Made by a program: the position numbers and the translations under genes. This document shows, piece after piece, positions 28,103 to 37,617 of a stretch of DNA of 62,571 nucleotides. This stretch comes from an uncultured Clostridia bacterium (GTDB lineage Bacteria; Bacillota; Clostridia; Oscillospirales; Acutalibacteraceae). A model generated the notes under the pieces. It had not been told where the DNA came from and did no database searches. It was given only the letters and a program-made list of their open reading frames with translations. How positions within the stretch are numbered: position 1 is the stretch's first letter; every line of letters begins with the position of its first letter. The stretch lies in the NCBI GenBank assembly GCA_937912045.1, contig CALDPI010000235.1, forward strand, positions 1-62,571. The letters are read 5' to 3'.

Positions 28103-29005
28103 CTATTTATCAAGCGTATTAAGCAGTTTTCCTATTACATATCTTGTAATTGCCATAAGGGCAAACAGGAAGACCGCTATTGCCGAGGCATAACCCATTT
28201 CGTACCTGACAGTACCGTAGTCTGCCATATGGGTAACGATGGTGTGGGTTATATAGTTAGTACTCGGATTACCGGTAAGGGCTGTTGCAACAGAACTGAC
28301 AGAGAATGCCGCCTGAATCTGCATAACAGCAGAGAAAAGCAGTATGCTCTTCATCGAGGGCAGGGTTATATACCAAACCTCCTGCCAACGATTGCGGATA
28401 CCCTCAATCGCGCCAACCTCGTAAAGCTCGCTTCCGACATTCTGAAGACCCGAAATGTTGGCAAGGAACGAGGTTCCCATACTCATCCACAACTGGACTA
28501 TCATAACAATCGGCAGTGCATAGGCCTCTTCCTTGAGCCAAATAATCGGCTCGGTTATGAAGCCATACTCAAGCAGGAAACCGTTTATGAGACCATAGCT
28601 GTCGCCGCTGAATATAAACAGCCAGATGAAATACACGTTTCCGACAAGCGCGGGCGAATAGAAAACGAAGGAAACAACCGCTCTTGCAACGCGCGGAAGC
28701 TCGTTTATGAACCACGCAAGCAGGAAAGCAAACGCGTATCCGAGAGGACCTGTTATAACAGCGAAAATAAGGGTGTTTTTGAGTGCGATTTTAAAAATAT
28801 CATCGTACAAAAACAGTCTTATGTAGTTCTGCACACCGTTAAACGTCGGCAGATTGAGCATATCAAAGGTTGTAAAGCTCAGCACCACCGATGAAAGAAT
28901 CGGCAAAACGGTGAACAGGAAAAACAGCGCCAAAAAGGGCGTTAAAAGTAACGTAGGCTGAAGAAAGCTTTCGCTTCTGTAGCGTTTTTTAAGTTTCGAT
29001 TTCAC
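28103..29005 (-). CDS. Sugar ABC transporter permease
   Basis: Polytopic, with the loop VGSELYEVGAIEGIRNRWQEVWYITLP. Confidence 0.92.
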   Translation of the reverse strand: MKSKLKKRYRSESFLQPTLLLTPFLALFFLFTVLPILSSVVLSFTTFDMLNLPTFNGVQNYIRLFLYDDIFKIALKNTLIFAVITGPLGYAFAFLLAWFINELPRVARAVVSFVFYSPALVGNVYFIWLFIFSGDSYGLINGFLLEYGFITEPIIWLKEEAYALPIVMIVQLWMSMGTSFLANISGLQNVGSELYEVGAIEGIRNRWQEVWYITLPSMKSILLFSAVMQIQAAFSVSSVATALTGNPSTNYITHTIVTHMADYGTVRYEMGYASAIAVFLFALMAITRYVIGKLLNTLDK

Positions 29006-29017
29006 TTGCTTTCCCTC

Positions 29018-31825
29018 CTACTTATTTACGGAATATTCTTTGCTCTTTCTTTCCATTTCTTCATCTATCATAAGCGCCCACTTGGTAAGAGCATCCTTGG
29101 GTGCTTCGCCATCACTGTAAACGGCATAAAATGCGTTTTCGAGTGAACGAGTTACATAGTAGCTTCCCGGAACCTCGGGTATAAATTCTGCGAGTTTATA
29201 CTGCTCAAGTATAACCTTTGCGTCGTCTCTGCTCCAAGACAGCTGCTGCAGAGCGTTTACGTTTGCTGTGGGCACACGTGCGGCAATACCAACAATCGAC
29301 TCAACGTCCGAGCTGTATCTGTACTGAACGTCGGCGCTGGTCCACCATTTGAGGAACTCCCACGCCTCTTTGGGCGAGTCGGTATCCTTGAGTATTACCG
29401 TCGCGGTCGAGGTGCCGATTGTCTTGTTGTTAAGACCGTCCTTACCTTCAAAGCCCGGAAGCTGATGCACGCTCCAACGGCCGCTGATTTCGGGTGCCGC
29501 CGCCATAAGCGTAGCATAGGTTGTGTAAGGCTCAATGCCCAGCGGCATTTCACCCGTACGGAAACGGTTGTAAAGGCTGAAAGCTACGGGCAGCTTGTAT
29601 TCAACGTACAAATCCGTATAGAAGTTAAATGCATCAAACGCCTCTGCGGTATCAAGGTTGGTTCTTGAAAGGTCGTCCGTATAGAGTGTTCCGCTCTTCT
29701 GATAAAGGAAGGTTCTATAGTTCTGCGGAACGCCCACAGAAAGATTATTTCTCATAAGCACCGCGCAGCAACGCAAAAACTCGTCCCACGTTTTCGGCAC
29801 AGAAATTTCAAACTGTTCAAAAATATCGTCTCTGACGTACATCATATTAAAGGTGATGCTGTCGGCAAGGCCGTAAACGCCACCCTTATATCTGAATGGG
29901 TTGATGGGCTTATCGCTGCCGTAGTTTGCTTGCAGTGTTTCTTCAAAATCCTCAAACTGTGACAAATCATAAAGTGCTCCACGCATTGCAAGGTTAACGG
30001 GTGTGTCATTGCTCTGCATAATGGTGCAGTCAGGCGCATTGCCCGAAAGCTTTGCCTGAATTATTGATGCTGCAGCAATTTTTATGTTGACCTTTATGCC
30101 TGTTTTGGGTGTAAAGCTATCCTCGACCATTTTCTGAAGAACTCTTGACTGGTCGCGGCCGATGTTTACCCAAACGTCGATAACACCCTCGCCCTCTGCC
30201 GTGGAAAGTGAGTTATAGTCAACAATATATGAGGCAAGAAGCTTGTTAAAGCCGAAGACAAATCTTTCAATAAAGTTGGACTTGTACTGCTTGGCGTCAA
30301 CGCTTTCTCCACCTATTATTATCTTTTCAATGTCGAGCGGCATCTTGCGCATTTCGTAAATCCATGCGCCTGCACTACTGTAGTTATTGAAAAGGTCACT
30401 TACGTATTTATGTGCCTTGAACTTCGATTCCAGCATACGCTCGAGAACGAGTGCAAGACTTTCAAGGGTGACGGCATTAGAGCCGCCCTTTGCGCCGGTA
30501 ATGGCGTTATATTCTTTAACCAAACCGTCGATTTCCTCGATATAGCTCTTAAGGTCATCATTAAGAGTAGGAATTTGGTCGTAAAGACGGTAGTCGCGGT
30601 TGGCATCGGGGGTGGTACCCGTAATCATAATTATCTGGCGATACATTTCGCCTACATTATATATAAGTGTCTCAAGTCTGCGGCTGATATCCGCAACGGA
30701 GCCTAAGGTAGCCTTAAGAGAAATGGTGTGCGGACCCTCTTTGAGATAGACATAATAGGGGGTCTCGCCGCCAAAGGTGAGAAGGTTCCACTTGGTGCTG
30801 TAGGGGAACTTGATTTCACTTGCCTCTGCAAACGGGGTTTCCCCGTCTATTTGCAGACTTCTGATTGCACTGGCATTGGTAAGATAACCCTGCTTATATT
30901 TGAAGGTTATGCTATAATATGCATCCTTTGGCGCATTGAATTCCCAGGTGATTCTCTCGCCTGCGGCATCCCAGTTGCTGCCGCCGATGCAGTTAATTGA
31001 GGTGTGGTATGCGCTTGACGGATTGAGCGACGGGTCTGTGCCGTCTGCCAGGGGACGAAGCTCCTTAGAGCTTTTATCTTTTGCCTCCTGCGCTTCAATT
31101 ACAACGTCGGCTCCGTCATAAATGTCTGATGCGTCTTCGGCTGAATACGCGGGGGTCTTCACAGCGCCCGAAAGTGTGATGGATTCAAGCGCAATTGTGC
31201 CCGAATAAAGCTCGATTGTGATGGTGTTTGCACCTTTTGCGAATGCGAACTTAAGCGGCTCTAAATAAAGCTCGTCGGGGTCAATCAGCTTTTCTGACAC
31301 CCATTTTGGCAGCTGTATCTGAGTGGGGCTGGACTGATTTCCGAGGGCATCCTCTGTGGGCTTTCCTTCGTCAACCCAAACGCGCGGCAGGAACATGCTG
31401 TCTGCCTCCGCGAAGGGCTCTGTGCCGTTGATTTTGCAGGAAAGCTCTATTTTTGATTCGCTGTTGTCAACAGCGGCATAGTTAAGTGCGATGTTGTAAA
31501 GCGCAGCTGTCTCACAATTAACGTTAAAGGAAACAGGGCCGCTTTCTGAATCTATAATAAGGACGTTGTCCTTATCGCAATATGAACCAAGCTTTGCGCT
31601 TGAGCCCTCTGTGGCAACGAAACCTGACGCATCTATTTTCATAGATGCGCCGGTATAATCGTTTTTGCCTTCGAGGTAATCGATGTATCCGCTGCCGGCT
31701 GTAGCGGCGGCAGCGGTTGGATTGATGTCAGACACCGTGTCAGCAGAGCATATGACCTGCGAAAACAGTGTTGTTATCAAAGATATAATTAAAACTGTGC
31801 AAGTGAACTTTGAAACGTATTTCAA
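29018..31825 (-). CDS. Oversized extracellular solute-binding protein (N-terminal ~520-aa CBM-like/helical extension + family-1 SBP body)
   Basis: The track ORF starts at 31840 (TTG). That TTG lies inside a GGGAGG sequence which sits 7 nt before the TTG at 31825, so 31825 is the more likely start. N-terminal signal/TM. The C-terminal ~400 aa are SBP-like (IDVWVNIGRDQSRVLQKMVEDSFTPKTGIKVNI...). Confidence 0.78.
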   Translation of the reverse strand: MKYVSKFTCTVLIISLITTLFSQVICSADTVSDINPTAAAATAGSGYIDYLEGKNDYTGASMKIDASGFVATEGSSAKLGSYCDKDNVLIIDSESGPVSFNVNCETAALYNIALNYAAVDNSESKIELSCKINGTEPFAEADSMFLPRVWVDEGKPTEDALGNQSSPTQIQLPKWVSEKLIDPDELYLEPLKFAFAKGANTITIELYSGTIALESITLSGAVKTPAYSAEDASDIYDGADVVIEAQEAKDKSSKELRPLADGTDPSLNPSSAYHTSINCIGGSNWDAAGERITWEFNAPKDAYYSITFKYKQGYLTNASAIRSLQIDGETPFAEASEIKFPYSTKWNLLTFGGETPYYVYLKEGPHTISLKATLGSVADISRRLETLIYNVGEMYRQIIMITGTTPDANRDYRLYDQIPTLNDDLKSYIEEIDGLVKEYNAITGAKGGSNAVTLESLALVLERMLESKFKAHKYVSDLFNNYSSAGAWIYEMRKMPLDIEKIIIGGESVDAKQYKSNFIERFVFGFNKLLASYIVDYNSLSTAEGEGVIDVWVNIGRDQSRVLQKMVEDSFTPKTGIKVNIKIAAASIIQAKLSGNAPDCTIMQSNDTPVNLAMRGALYDLSQFEDFEETLQANYGSDKPINPFRYKGGVYGLADSITFNMMYVRDDIFEQFEISVPKTWDEFLRCCAVLMRNNLSVGVPQNYRTFLYQKSGTLYTDDLSRTNLDTAEAFDAFNFYTDLYVEYKLPVAFSLYNRFRTGEMPLGIEPYTTYATLMAAAPEISGRWSVHQLPGFEGKDGLNNKTIGTSTATVILKDTDSPKEAWEFLKWWTSADVQYRYSSDVESIVGIAARVPTANVNALQQLSWSRDDAKVILEQYKLAEFIPEVPGSYYVTRSLENAFYAVYSDGEAPKDALTKWALMIDEEMERKSKEYSVNK

Positions 31826-31875
31826 AATTATACCTCCCAAATTAAGTGCCTGACATCAATAAAACTCATTTTGCT

Positions 31876-34800
31876 TTACTGAGCAGTTTGTTCTTTTTTC
31901 CTTTTCTTCTTCACAAGGAAGATGATAAGGAAGGTGATTGCGGCGAGTACAACAACCGCAAGGGCAATCATCAAAATGATGAACCAGGTTGCAAGTCGAA
32001 CAGGGGTGCCCTTCTTCTTGTACTTCTGTACAACCTTCTTGGTTGTTTCCTCGGTTTCGTCGTCGTCATCGTCGTCAGAATCGGTGTCATCTACGTAGTC
32101 GTCATCCGAATCGGTGTCTTCAACGACGTCGTCCTTCTTTTCTTCCTCGTCCTTCTGGAGGCCGTCTGTTCCAAGAACAGTATCAGCGAAGGTGAGGCCG
32201 CCCTTAGGCATATCCTCTGCAAGAGTGAGAGCATAACCGTTTTCTGCTTCGAAAAGACGGAACTTATCGAATACGGCTTCACCGTCCTTATCGTACATTG
32301 CGAAGGAAACTTCACTTTCCGCATAAGTCTTGAAGCTGATGGAAACAAGAGTCCATTCACCGCGGTTTATAGAAACATCCTGCGGGGTGCTGATGAACGC
32401 GCGCGGATTCTTGAGTGAAACAATACCGAACTTCGCGCTTTCGCCGTTGAGAGTTCTGTACCAGAACGAGAATGTGTATGACTTGTTAGCCTCAAGCTTA
32501 ACGGTGGGAAGGAAGTAATAACCCCAATTTGAGCCCTTATAGTGAAGCATCTTGTTGCCTTCACTGGTTACAACCTCGACAAATTTGCCCATACCGTTGA
32601 AGTCCTTCCAGAACTCTGTTCCCTTATCGAACATACCGTTCTTAATCAGGTTGTCAGATTCGTCGCAGGCAAATTTTGCTTCGTCGTAGTTGTAGGTGTC
32701 AATATCGGTGATGTTTACGCTTTCCTTCGCAGGCTTAGCGTCGGCGGTTTCGAAAATCTTGATATCGTCGAAGTACATTTCGCCCTTGATGCCCTGGATA
32801 AAGAAGTAAACCTCTGTGTTATCCTCGGTATTGAACTGATATGTACGGTTGTACCAAGTACCGTCGGGATACTTAATAGTGATTTCCTGCTTGGACGAGC
32901 CATCGCGTGTCCATTCGCTTGTTTCATAAGTCGACTTCGGATTTTCGAAAGGAAGCAGGTTCATATCCATAATACCGAAATGAACGTGCGGAACGACTGT
33001 ATCCGAATAGCCCATGCCGTAAAGGCTTAAATAATAGGTGGTGTTGGGCTTAACAGTTATTTTCTTAACGAAAAGGCCCTGGCCGCTTACCTTAAGCGAA
33101 GTGTTGCCATCATATTTTTCCTCTGTTGTGATGGTTGCAAAGCCTGTGGAATCTGCCCAGTAGGTTGCATTATCACAAGCAGCGTTTGTAATGAGGTTCT
33201 TTGCGGGGTCGCAAATTTGGTTTGCAAATTCTCTTCTGAGACCGAAGCCCGAAGGTGCAAAGCCTCTGTTAATTTTGTCATTTCTGACATAATCCAGATA
33301 GTACTTAGCGCAGAGCGAAACGTAGGTTTCGTTCTTGGTTGCGGTACTGAGAACAGGACTTACGAGTCCGCGCCACATATCATATTTTGAATCATAAACG
33401 CCATCCGCGCCGAATACCTTTGCAGCAACGTCTACAATCGCCGAGTTGAGAACGCCGATTCTGTAGCTGTCGATAACCGCAGCAGCCGCTGCGACGTCGT
33501 CGGGTAATGCGTGGATTGTAAGACCGTCAACGTAGATTGCCTTTCCTGCGGAAAGCACGCTTGTATCAAACTCGATAAAGTTTGCATAGTCGCCTGCGTT
33601 GATAATGGCAGTAACCTTGGTCCAGCCGTTATTATTAGCAGCCGTCTTAATGGTGCGTGTCGATACGCCGTTGCTTACGAGGTCGGCGGTTACCTTGTCT
33701 GCCGACTGGAAGCCTGCGGTCTTAACCCAGTATGTGACGAGATAGTAGTTACCATAGGAAACTGCAGGCAATGTAATCTTGCCGTTCTGTGCAGTAACCT
33801 CAAACACCTTAGAGCCGTACTTTGCAGAAGAATTTGCGGTGCCGCTCTGCTCGAACGAGCCGTCAGTTGCAAGGTTGCCTTCAAGGCCAAACTCATATCC
33901 GTCAACGGCGGGTGTTGTGGCGGCGGTGGTCTTCTTGTAAAGAATCTTGCCTGCCTCAAGGCACTCTGCGCCATATGCAGACTCAAGCTTGTAAACGGCA
34001 ATATCGTCTACATAGCCCTTTGTCTGAGAGTATAAGCTGAGGTTAGGCTCAGAGAAGGTGGAAGCACCTGTGTAGATGAGCATGGTTACTCTCTGCCAGG
34101 AGTTCTTGCTGCCGAATATGCCGTATCTTATGTTAAGGTTTGCGCCTGTTGAGGACTGGAAGCGCATTTCTGCATCGTTTCCTTCAACCTTAATCCAGAA
34201 GGTAACAGCATAGTAGGAGCTGGGCTCCATCTTGGGTAGCGGTATGCAGTAGTTTTGAACTTCGCTGCCCGGCAGTACGATAGCACCCGAGCCGTCGTTT
34301 GTGTGCGAAACCGTGGTATCATTACTCAAAATTCCGCGTGCCTTGGGGCTGAACCACATATTCGGCTTGGTAGCACCTGCATTAAACTGCTGATACTTGT
34401 TAACCGCCTTGCCCCAAATTGCGTTTGCGTTTGCAACGCCGGAGCCTGTGGTTTCGTTCTGATAATATGCCTTATAGGTGCCGTCTGGGTTAAATTCCTT
34501 AACCGTCGGGTCGGGAACAAGGTTGGTTCCGAGTGTAGACCAATCTAAATCAGAATAGTCATAAATTGTTTCGCCCTTGGTTGCGTTCTTATAAACGGCA
34601 ACAAACTCGGGGTCAACAGGCGGGTCAGGCTCCTTAGCGGGTGCCTGTGTCGGGTCAACGCCGTCAGCAACCAGCTTGCCTGCGGTGAGGCACTGGAGTG
34701 CATACTCATCATTTGTCAGCTTGTAAACAGCAACATCGTCAACAAAGCCAACAGAGTTGTTGTAAATTTCGATGAACGGGTCTGCATGTGTCTTGTCAGC

Positions 34801-37413
34801 CATGTAAACCAAGAAGGTTACACGCTTCCAGTTCTGCGAATCAAACTTGCTATAGTTTGTTTCGATGGCCATCTGGTCGCTGCCACCCGCGGTCTTATAC
34901 AAGCGGATGTTGTGATTTTTGCTCGAAACAAACTTAACCCAGAAGGTAATAACGTAGGTGTTGTTTGCCTCCATCTTGGGCAACGGTAAGCGGTAGTTGA
35001 ACTGATTCTTCTTCATTATAATCGCGCCGGAGCCGTCATCTGTGTGAGAATACTTTGTCTCACTTGTGAGCGCGCCGTTCGGCTTCGCACCACCGTAGTT
35101 AGTCAGACCGCTTGCATTCGTATGGAATGCCTGCCAGTTGTTAGCAGCTCTGCCCCACCAAGCGTTTTCGTTGGCAACGCCTGTGCCTGCGGCTTCATCA
35201 GCATAGTATGCCTTGTATGTGCCGTCAGCGTTAAACTCCTTAACTGTCGGGTCGGTGATGAGGTTTGTGCCGAGAGAAGTCCAATCAACATTACCGTCAT
35301 AGAGATACGGCCAGTTGCTTGAGTTTAAGGTTACGTCCTTATACGTTGCAGTAGCCGGGAAAGTAGGTCTTTGAATATTTTCAATAAGTTTGCTTTCGTC
35401 AATGCACTGCTTTGTATATGCATCATCAAGGGGCTGAACGTTGATATCGTCAATGACAGCGCCTGTGCTGCTGAGATAAATTCTCATAGAATAGTTGGAA
35501 GCAGCGTTTTCACCTGTGTAGTAGAACCAGGTGACTCTCTGCCAGCCCTTAGAATAAGAGGTCTGTTTCTTAGAGAGCTCTGCAAGACTTCCGTTAAAGA
35601 TTTGGGTGGTCAGGGTCGAATCGGCAGCCAGGTTAACCCAGGCAGAAATTACATAACCCTTCTTTGCCTCCATCTTGGGCAGCGGCAGATAAACCTGCTG
35701 CTCGCCGCTTGAGGGCATTGTGATAACACCGGAATTATCCGCGGTGTGTGAAAGTGCGCTGTTGTTAGAGAGAAGGCCGCGAGCCTTGGGGCTCTTATAA
35801 ACGTTAACGTTAGCAGAAAACGCCTGATATTTGTTAACGGCCTTGCCCCACCAAGCATTTGCATTGGCAACGTCTGTGCCTGTGGCTTCATCAACATAGT
35901 ATGCCTTGTAGGTGTTGCCGTCGAATTCCTTAACAGTCGGGTCGGTAACGATTGTTGCGCCGAACTGTGCGAAATCAACATACTTAGTGTCGGCAGGTAA
36001 TACGTTGAATATCTTGCTTTCGTTGGGGAGCTCAACAGGCGGTGTTGCAGGCGGGGTCAGAGCGATAAGCTCTTTTGCTGCAACACTCTTGCCGCCGACG
36101 CCTGAGGACAGCTTGTAAACTGCGAAGTCGTCAGCATAAACTGTGCCGTTGTTGGACAACAGATAAAGACCTGTGCCGTGCGTGCCGTCGCAGTTGTTAC
36201 CGCCGATAGACTTGCTTCCGTAATAAAGAATGTAAGAAACACGTGTCCATTCGCCATTCGGATTAACGTTATAAGCATCCTTGAATTCCTTATTCCAGGA
36301 GAGATGATGTCTGATGTTTACCGTCGAATCAGCCTTAATCCAATAGGTTACAAGATAGTAAGAATACTCTTCTGCCTTGCTGTTGGTAAGACGGATTGTG
36401 CGTGAGCTTGAATCGTTAATTTCATACTTAAGCACGCCCGAGCCATCGTTTGTGTGTGATGCGGCAGTGTCAAGTGTGGGTGCGTTAAGCGCAGCAGGTG
36501 TTTGCCACATTGTAGCCGTCTGGCCGCTCAAAACAGTTCTCGAATAAACTGCATTAGGTGCAGTTGAAGCATCATAGGTCTTGTATGACGTGCCGCTGAA
36601 CTCCTTAACGGTCGGGTCGGCTGCAAGGTTCTCACCGAGAGCGGTAAAGTCATAACCGTCGGGGATTGCAACATCCGTCATAGCAGGGTCCGTTGCCGAT
36701 GCATAGGTTATATCATCGGGTGAAAAGAGTTTGCCCGCAGCAACAGATTTTTCAGCAGCAGCGGTATCCATCTTATAAACTGCAAAATCGTCAAAATATG
36801 CGGTGCCTGCCTGTATATATCCACCCATATTCATAGCCGTTGCATATGAGCCGGAATATACAATATAGGAAACGCGTGTCCAATCAGTTGCACCTGTAAC
36901 GATCGTAATCGATGCATCACCGGAAGGAATCTGGTTATAGCTGAAATAATGTCTTAACTGCAGTTGGGGTCCCTTGTAATAGAAGGTTACAAGATAATAT
37001 GTGTGTTGCTCAGAATTAGGAGCAACGCGGAAAAGACGGTGATTCGCACCTGATAAGGTGTACTTTAACGCACCGCTACCATCCTGTGTGTGTGAATCGG
37101 CGGTGGCAGAGGAATATGCTTCGTACACTGCAGGTGAACCCCACATGTCTTTATTTGTATTGGTGACACCTCCAACACCACGTATACCTGTTGTTGTATC
37201 ATAAACTCCACCAGTGAATTTTGATACGTTAGAATCATACGCAAGGTTGGTGCCGAGGGCATCAAGGTCAAAACCGTCTGCAATGCTGACAAGCTTTGCA
37301 CTTGGTGTGTCAGATGCCGTTTCTGCATTTGTTAAAAGGCCAAGAGAGCCTACAAGCACCGTAAGCGCCAGCACAACAGACAATATTCTGCCTAATTGTT
37401 TTTTAATAATCAT
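31876..37413 (-). CDS. Giant (1845 aa) secreted, C-terminally membrane-anchored multi-module putative glycan-binding surface protein
   Basis: GAGGT SD and signal peptide ...LLTNA/ET. Five long modules plus three shorter CBM_4_9-like modules (NLIKNGMFD-type starts). An acidic spacer, a TM helix and a KKKRKK tail follow. Confidence 0.85.
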   Translation of the reverse strand: MIIKKQLGRILSVVLALTVLVGSLGLLTNAETASDTPSAKLVSIADGFDLDALGTNLAYDSNVSKFTGGVYDTTTGIRGVGGVTNTNKDMWGSPAVYEAYSSATADSHTQDGSGALKYTLSGANHRLFRVAPNSEQHTYYLVTFYYKGPQLQLRHYFSYNQIPSGDASITIVTGATDWTRVSYIVYSGSYATAMNMGGYIQAGTAYFDDFAVYKMDTAAAEKSVAAGKLFSPDDITYASATDPAMTDVAIPDGYDFTALGENLAADPTVKEFSGTSYKTYDASTAPNAVYSRTVLSGQTATMWQTPAALNAPTLDTAASHTNDGSGVLKYEINDSSSRTIRLTNSKAEEYSYYLVTYWIKADSTVNIRHHLSWNKEFKDAYNVNPNGEWTRVSYILYYGSKSIGGNNCDGTHGTGLYLLSNNGTVYADDFAVYKLSSGVGGKSVAAKELIALTPPATPPVELPNESKIFNVLPADTKYVDFAQFGATIVTDPTVKEFDGNTYKAYYVDEATGTDVANANAWWGKAVNKYQAFSANVNVYKSPKARGLLSNNSALSHTADNSGVITMPSSGEQQVYLPLPKMEAKKGYVISAWVNLAADSTLTTQIFNGSLAELSKKQTSYSKGWQRVTWFYYTGENAASNYSMRIYLSSTGAVIDDINVQPLDDAYTKQCIDESKLIENIQRPTFPATATYKDVTLNSSNWPYLYDGNVDWTSLGTNLITDPTVKEFNADGTYKAYYADEAAGTGVANENAWWGRAANNWQAFHTNASGLTNYGGAKPNGALTSETKYSHTDDGSGAIIMKKNQFNYRLPLPKMEANNTYVITFWVKFVSSKNHNIRLYKTAGGSDQMAIETNYSKFDSQNWKRVTFLVYMADKTHADPFIEIYNNSVGFVDDVAVYKLTNDEYALQCLTAGKLVADGVDPTQAPAKEPDPPVDPEFVAVYKNATKGETIYDYSDLDWSTLGTNLVPDPTVKEFNPDGTYKAYYQNETTGSGVANANAIWGKAVNKYQQFNAGATKPNMWFSPKARGILSNDTTVSHTNDGSGAIVLPGSEVQNYCIPLPKMEPSSYYAVTFWIKVEGNDAEMRFQSSTGANLNIRYGIFGSKNSWQRVTMLIYTGASTFSEPNLSLYSQTKGYVDDIAVYKLESAYGAECLEAGKILYKKTTAATTPAVDGYEFGLEGNLATDGSFEQSGTANSSAKYGSKVFEVTAQNGKITLPAVSYGNYYLVTYWVKTAGFQSADKVTADLVSNGVSTRTIKTAANNNGWTKVTAIINAGDYANFIEFDTSVLSAGKAIYVDGLTIHALPDDVAAAAAVIDSYRIGVLNSAIVDVAAKVFGADGVYDSKYDMWRGLVSPVLSTATKNETYVSLCAKYYLDYVRNDKINRGFAPSGFGLRREFANQICDPAKNLITNAACDNATYWADSTGFATITTEEKYDGNTSLKVSGQGLFVKKITVKPNTTYYLSLYGMGYSDTVVPHVHFGIMDMNLLPFENPKSTYETSEWTRDGSSKQEITIKYPDGTWYNRTYQFNTEDNTEVYFFIQGIKGEMYFDDIKIFETADAKPAKESVNITDIDTYNYDEAKFACDESDNLIKNGMFDKGTEFWKDFNGMGKFVEVVTSEGNKMLHYKGSNWGYYFLPTVKLEANKSYTFSFWYRTLNGESAKFGIVSLKNPRAFISTPQDVSINRGEWTLVSISFKTYAESEVSFAMYDKDGEAVFDKFRLFEAENGYALTLAEDMPKGGLTFADTVLGTDGLQKDEEEKKDDVVEDTDSDDDYVDDTDSDDDDDDETEETTKKVVQKYKKKGTPVRLATWFIILMIALAVVVLAAITFLIIFLVKKKRKKEQTAQ
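33943..37275 (-). repeat. Five tandem in-frame copies of a ~185-205-aa protein module (aa 47-229, 253-449, 478-676, 708-914, 955-1157)
   Basis: Each copy has the same motif order: LGxNLxxDPTVKEF ... SHTxDGSG ... (LPLPKME) ... WxRV(T/S) ... (V/F)DDxAVYKL ... C..AGKL. At the DNA level, ccttaacNgtcgggtcgg recurs near 34498, 35236, 35928 and 36602. Confidence 0.75.
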
Positions 37414-37459
37414 AATCGTTACCTCGTATCAATGAGATGATTATATATAATGAATATAT

Positions 37460-37488
37460 ATAATAGGTACCTATTTTCATATGTGCAA
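37460..37488 (-). promoter_or_regulatory. Candidate internal sigma-A promoter for the giant gene
   Basis: Minus strand: TTGCAC (37488-37483), 17-nt spacer, TATTAT (37465-37460). Confidence 0.4.
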
Positions 37489-37617
37489 GGACGGCCCGTG
37501 CCGTCGATGCGTTGCGATGGGTGTTGACGAGTGAATAGTTAACGTGTCGCGTTGCGACGGAATATAGCATTCACTCCCCCAGTCACCTTTCGGTGACAGC
37601 CCCCTCTAAGATGGGGC

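Noticed and set aside
37403-37570. 55-codon minus-strand ORF (MLYSVATRHV...) preceded by GGGGGAG
   Set aside because: The spacing to the ATG is only 3 nt and the composition looks random. It overlaps the predicted promoter and the start of the giant gene out of frame.
37571-37610. Possible G-quadruplex from GGGGG runs flanking the GNRA hairpin (minus strand)
   Set aside because: Only two to three G-runs are present, separated by a stable hairpin. This is insufficient for a canonical four-run quadruplex.
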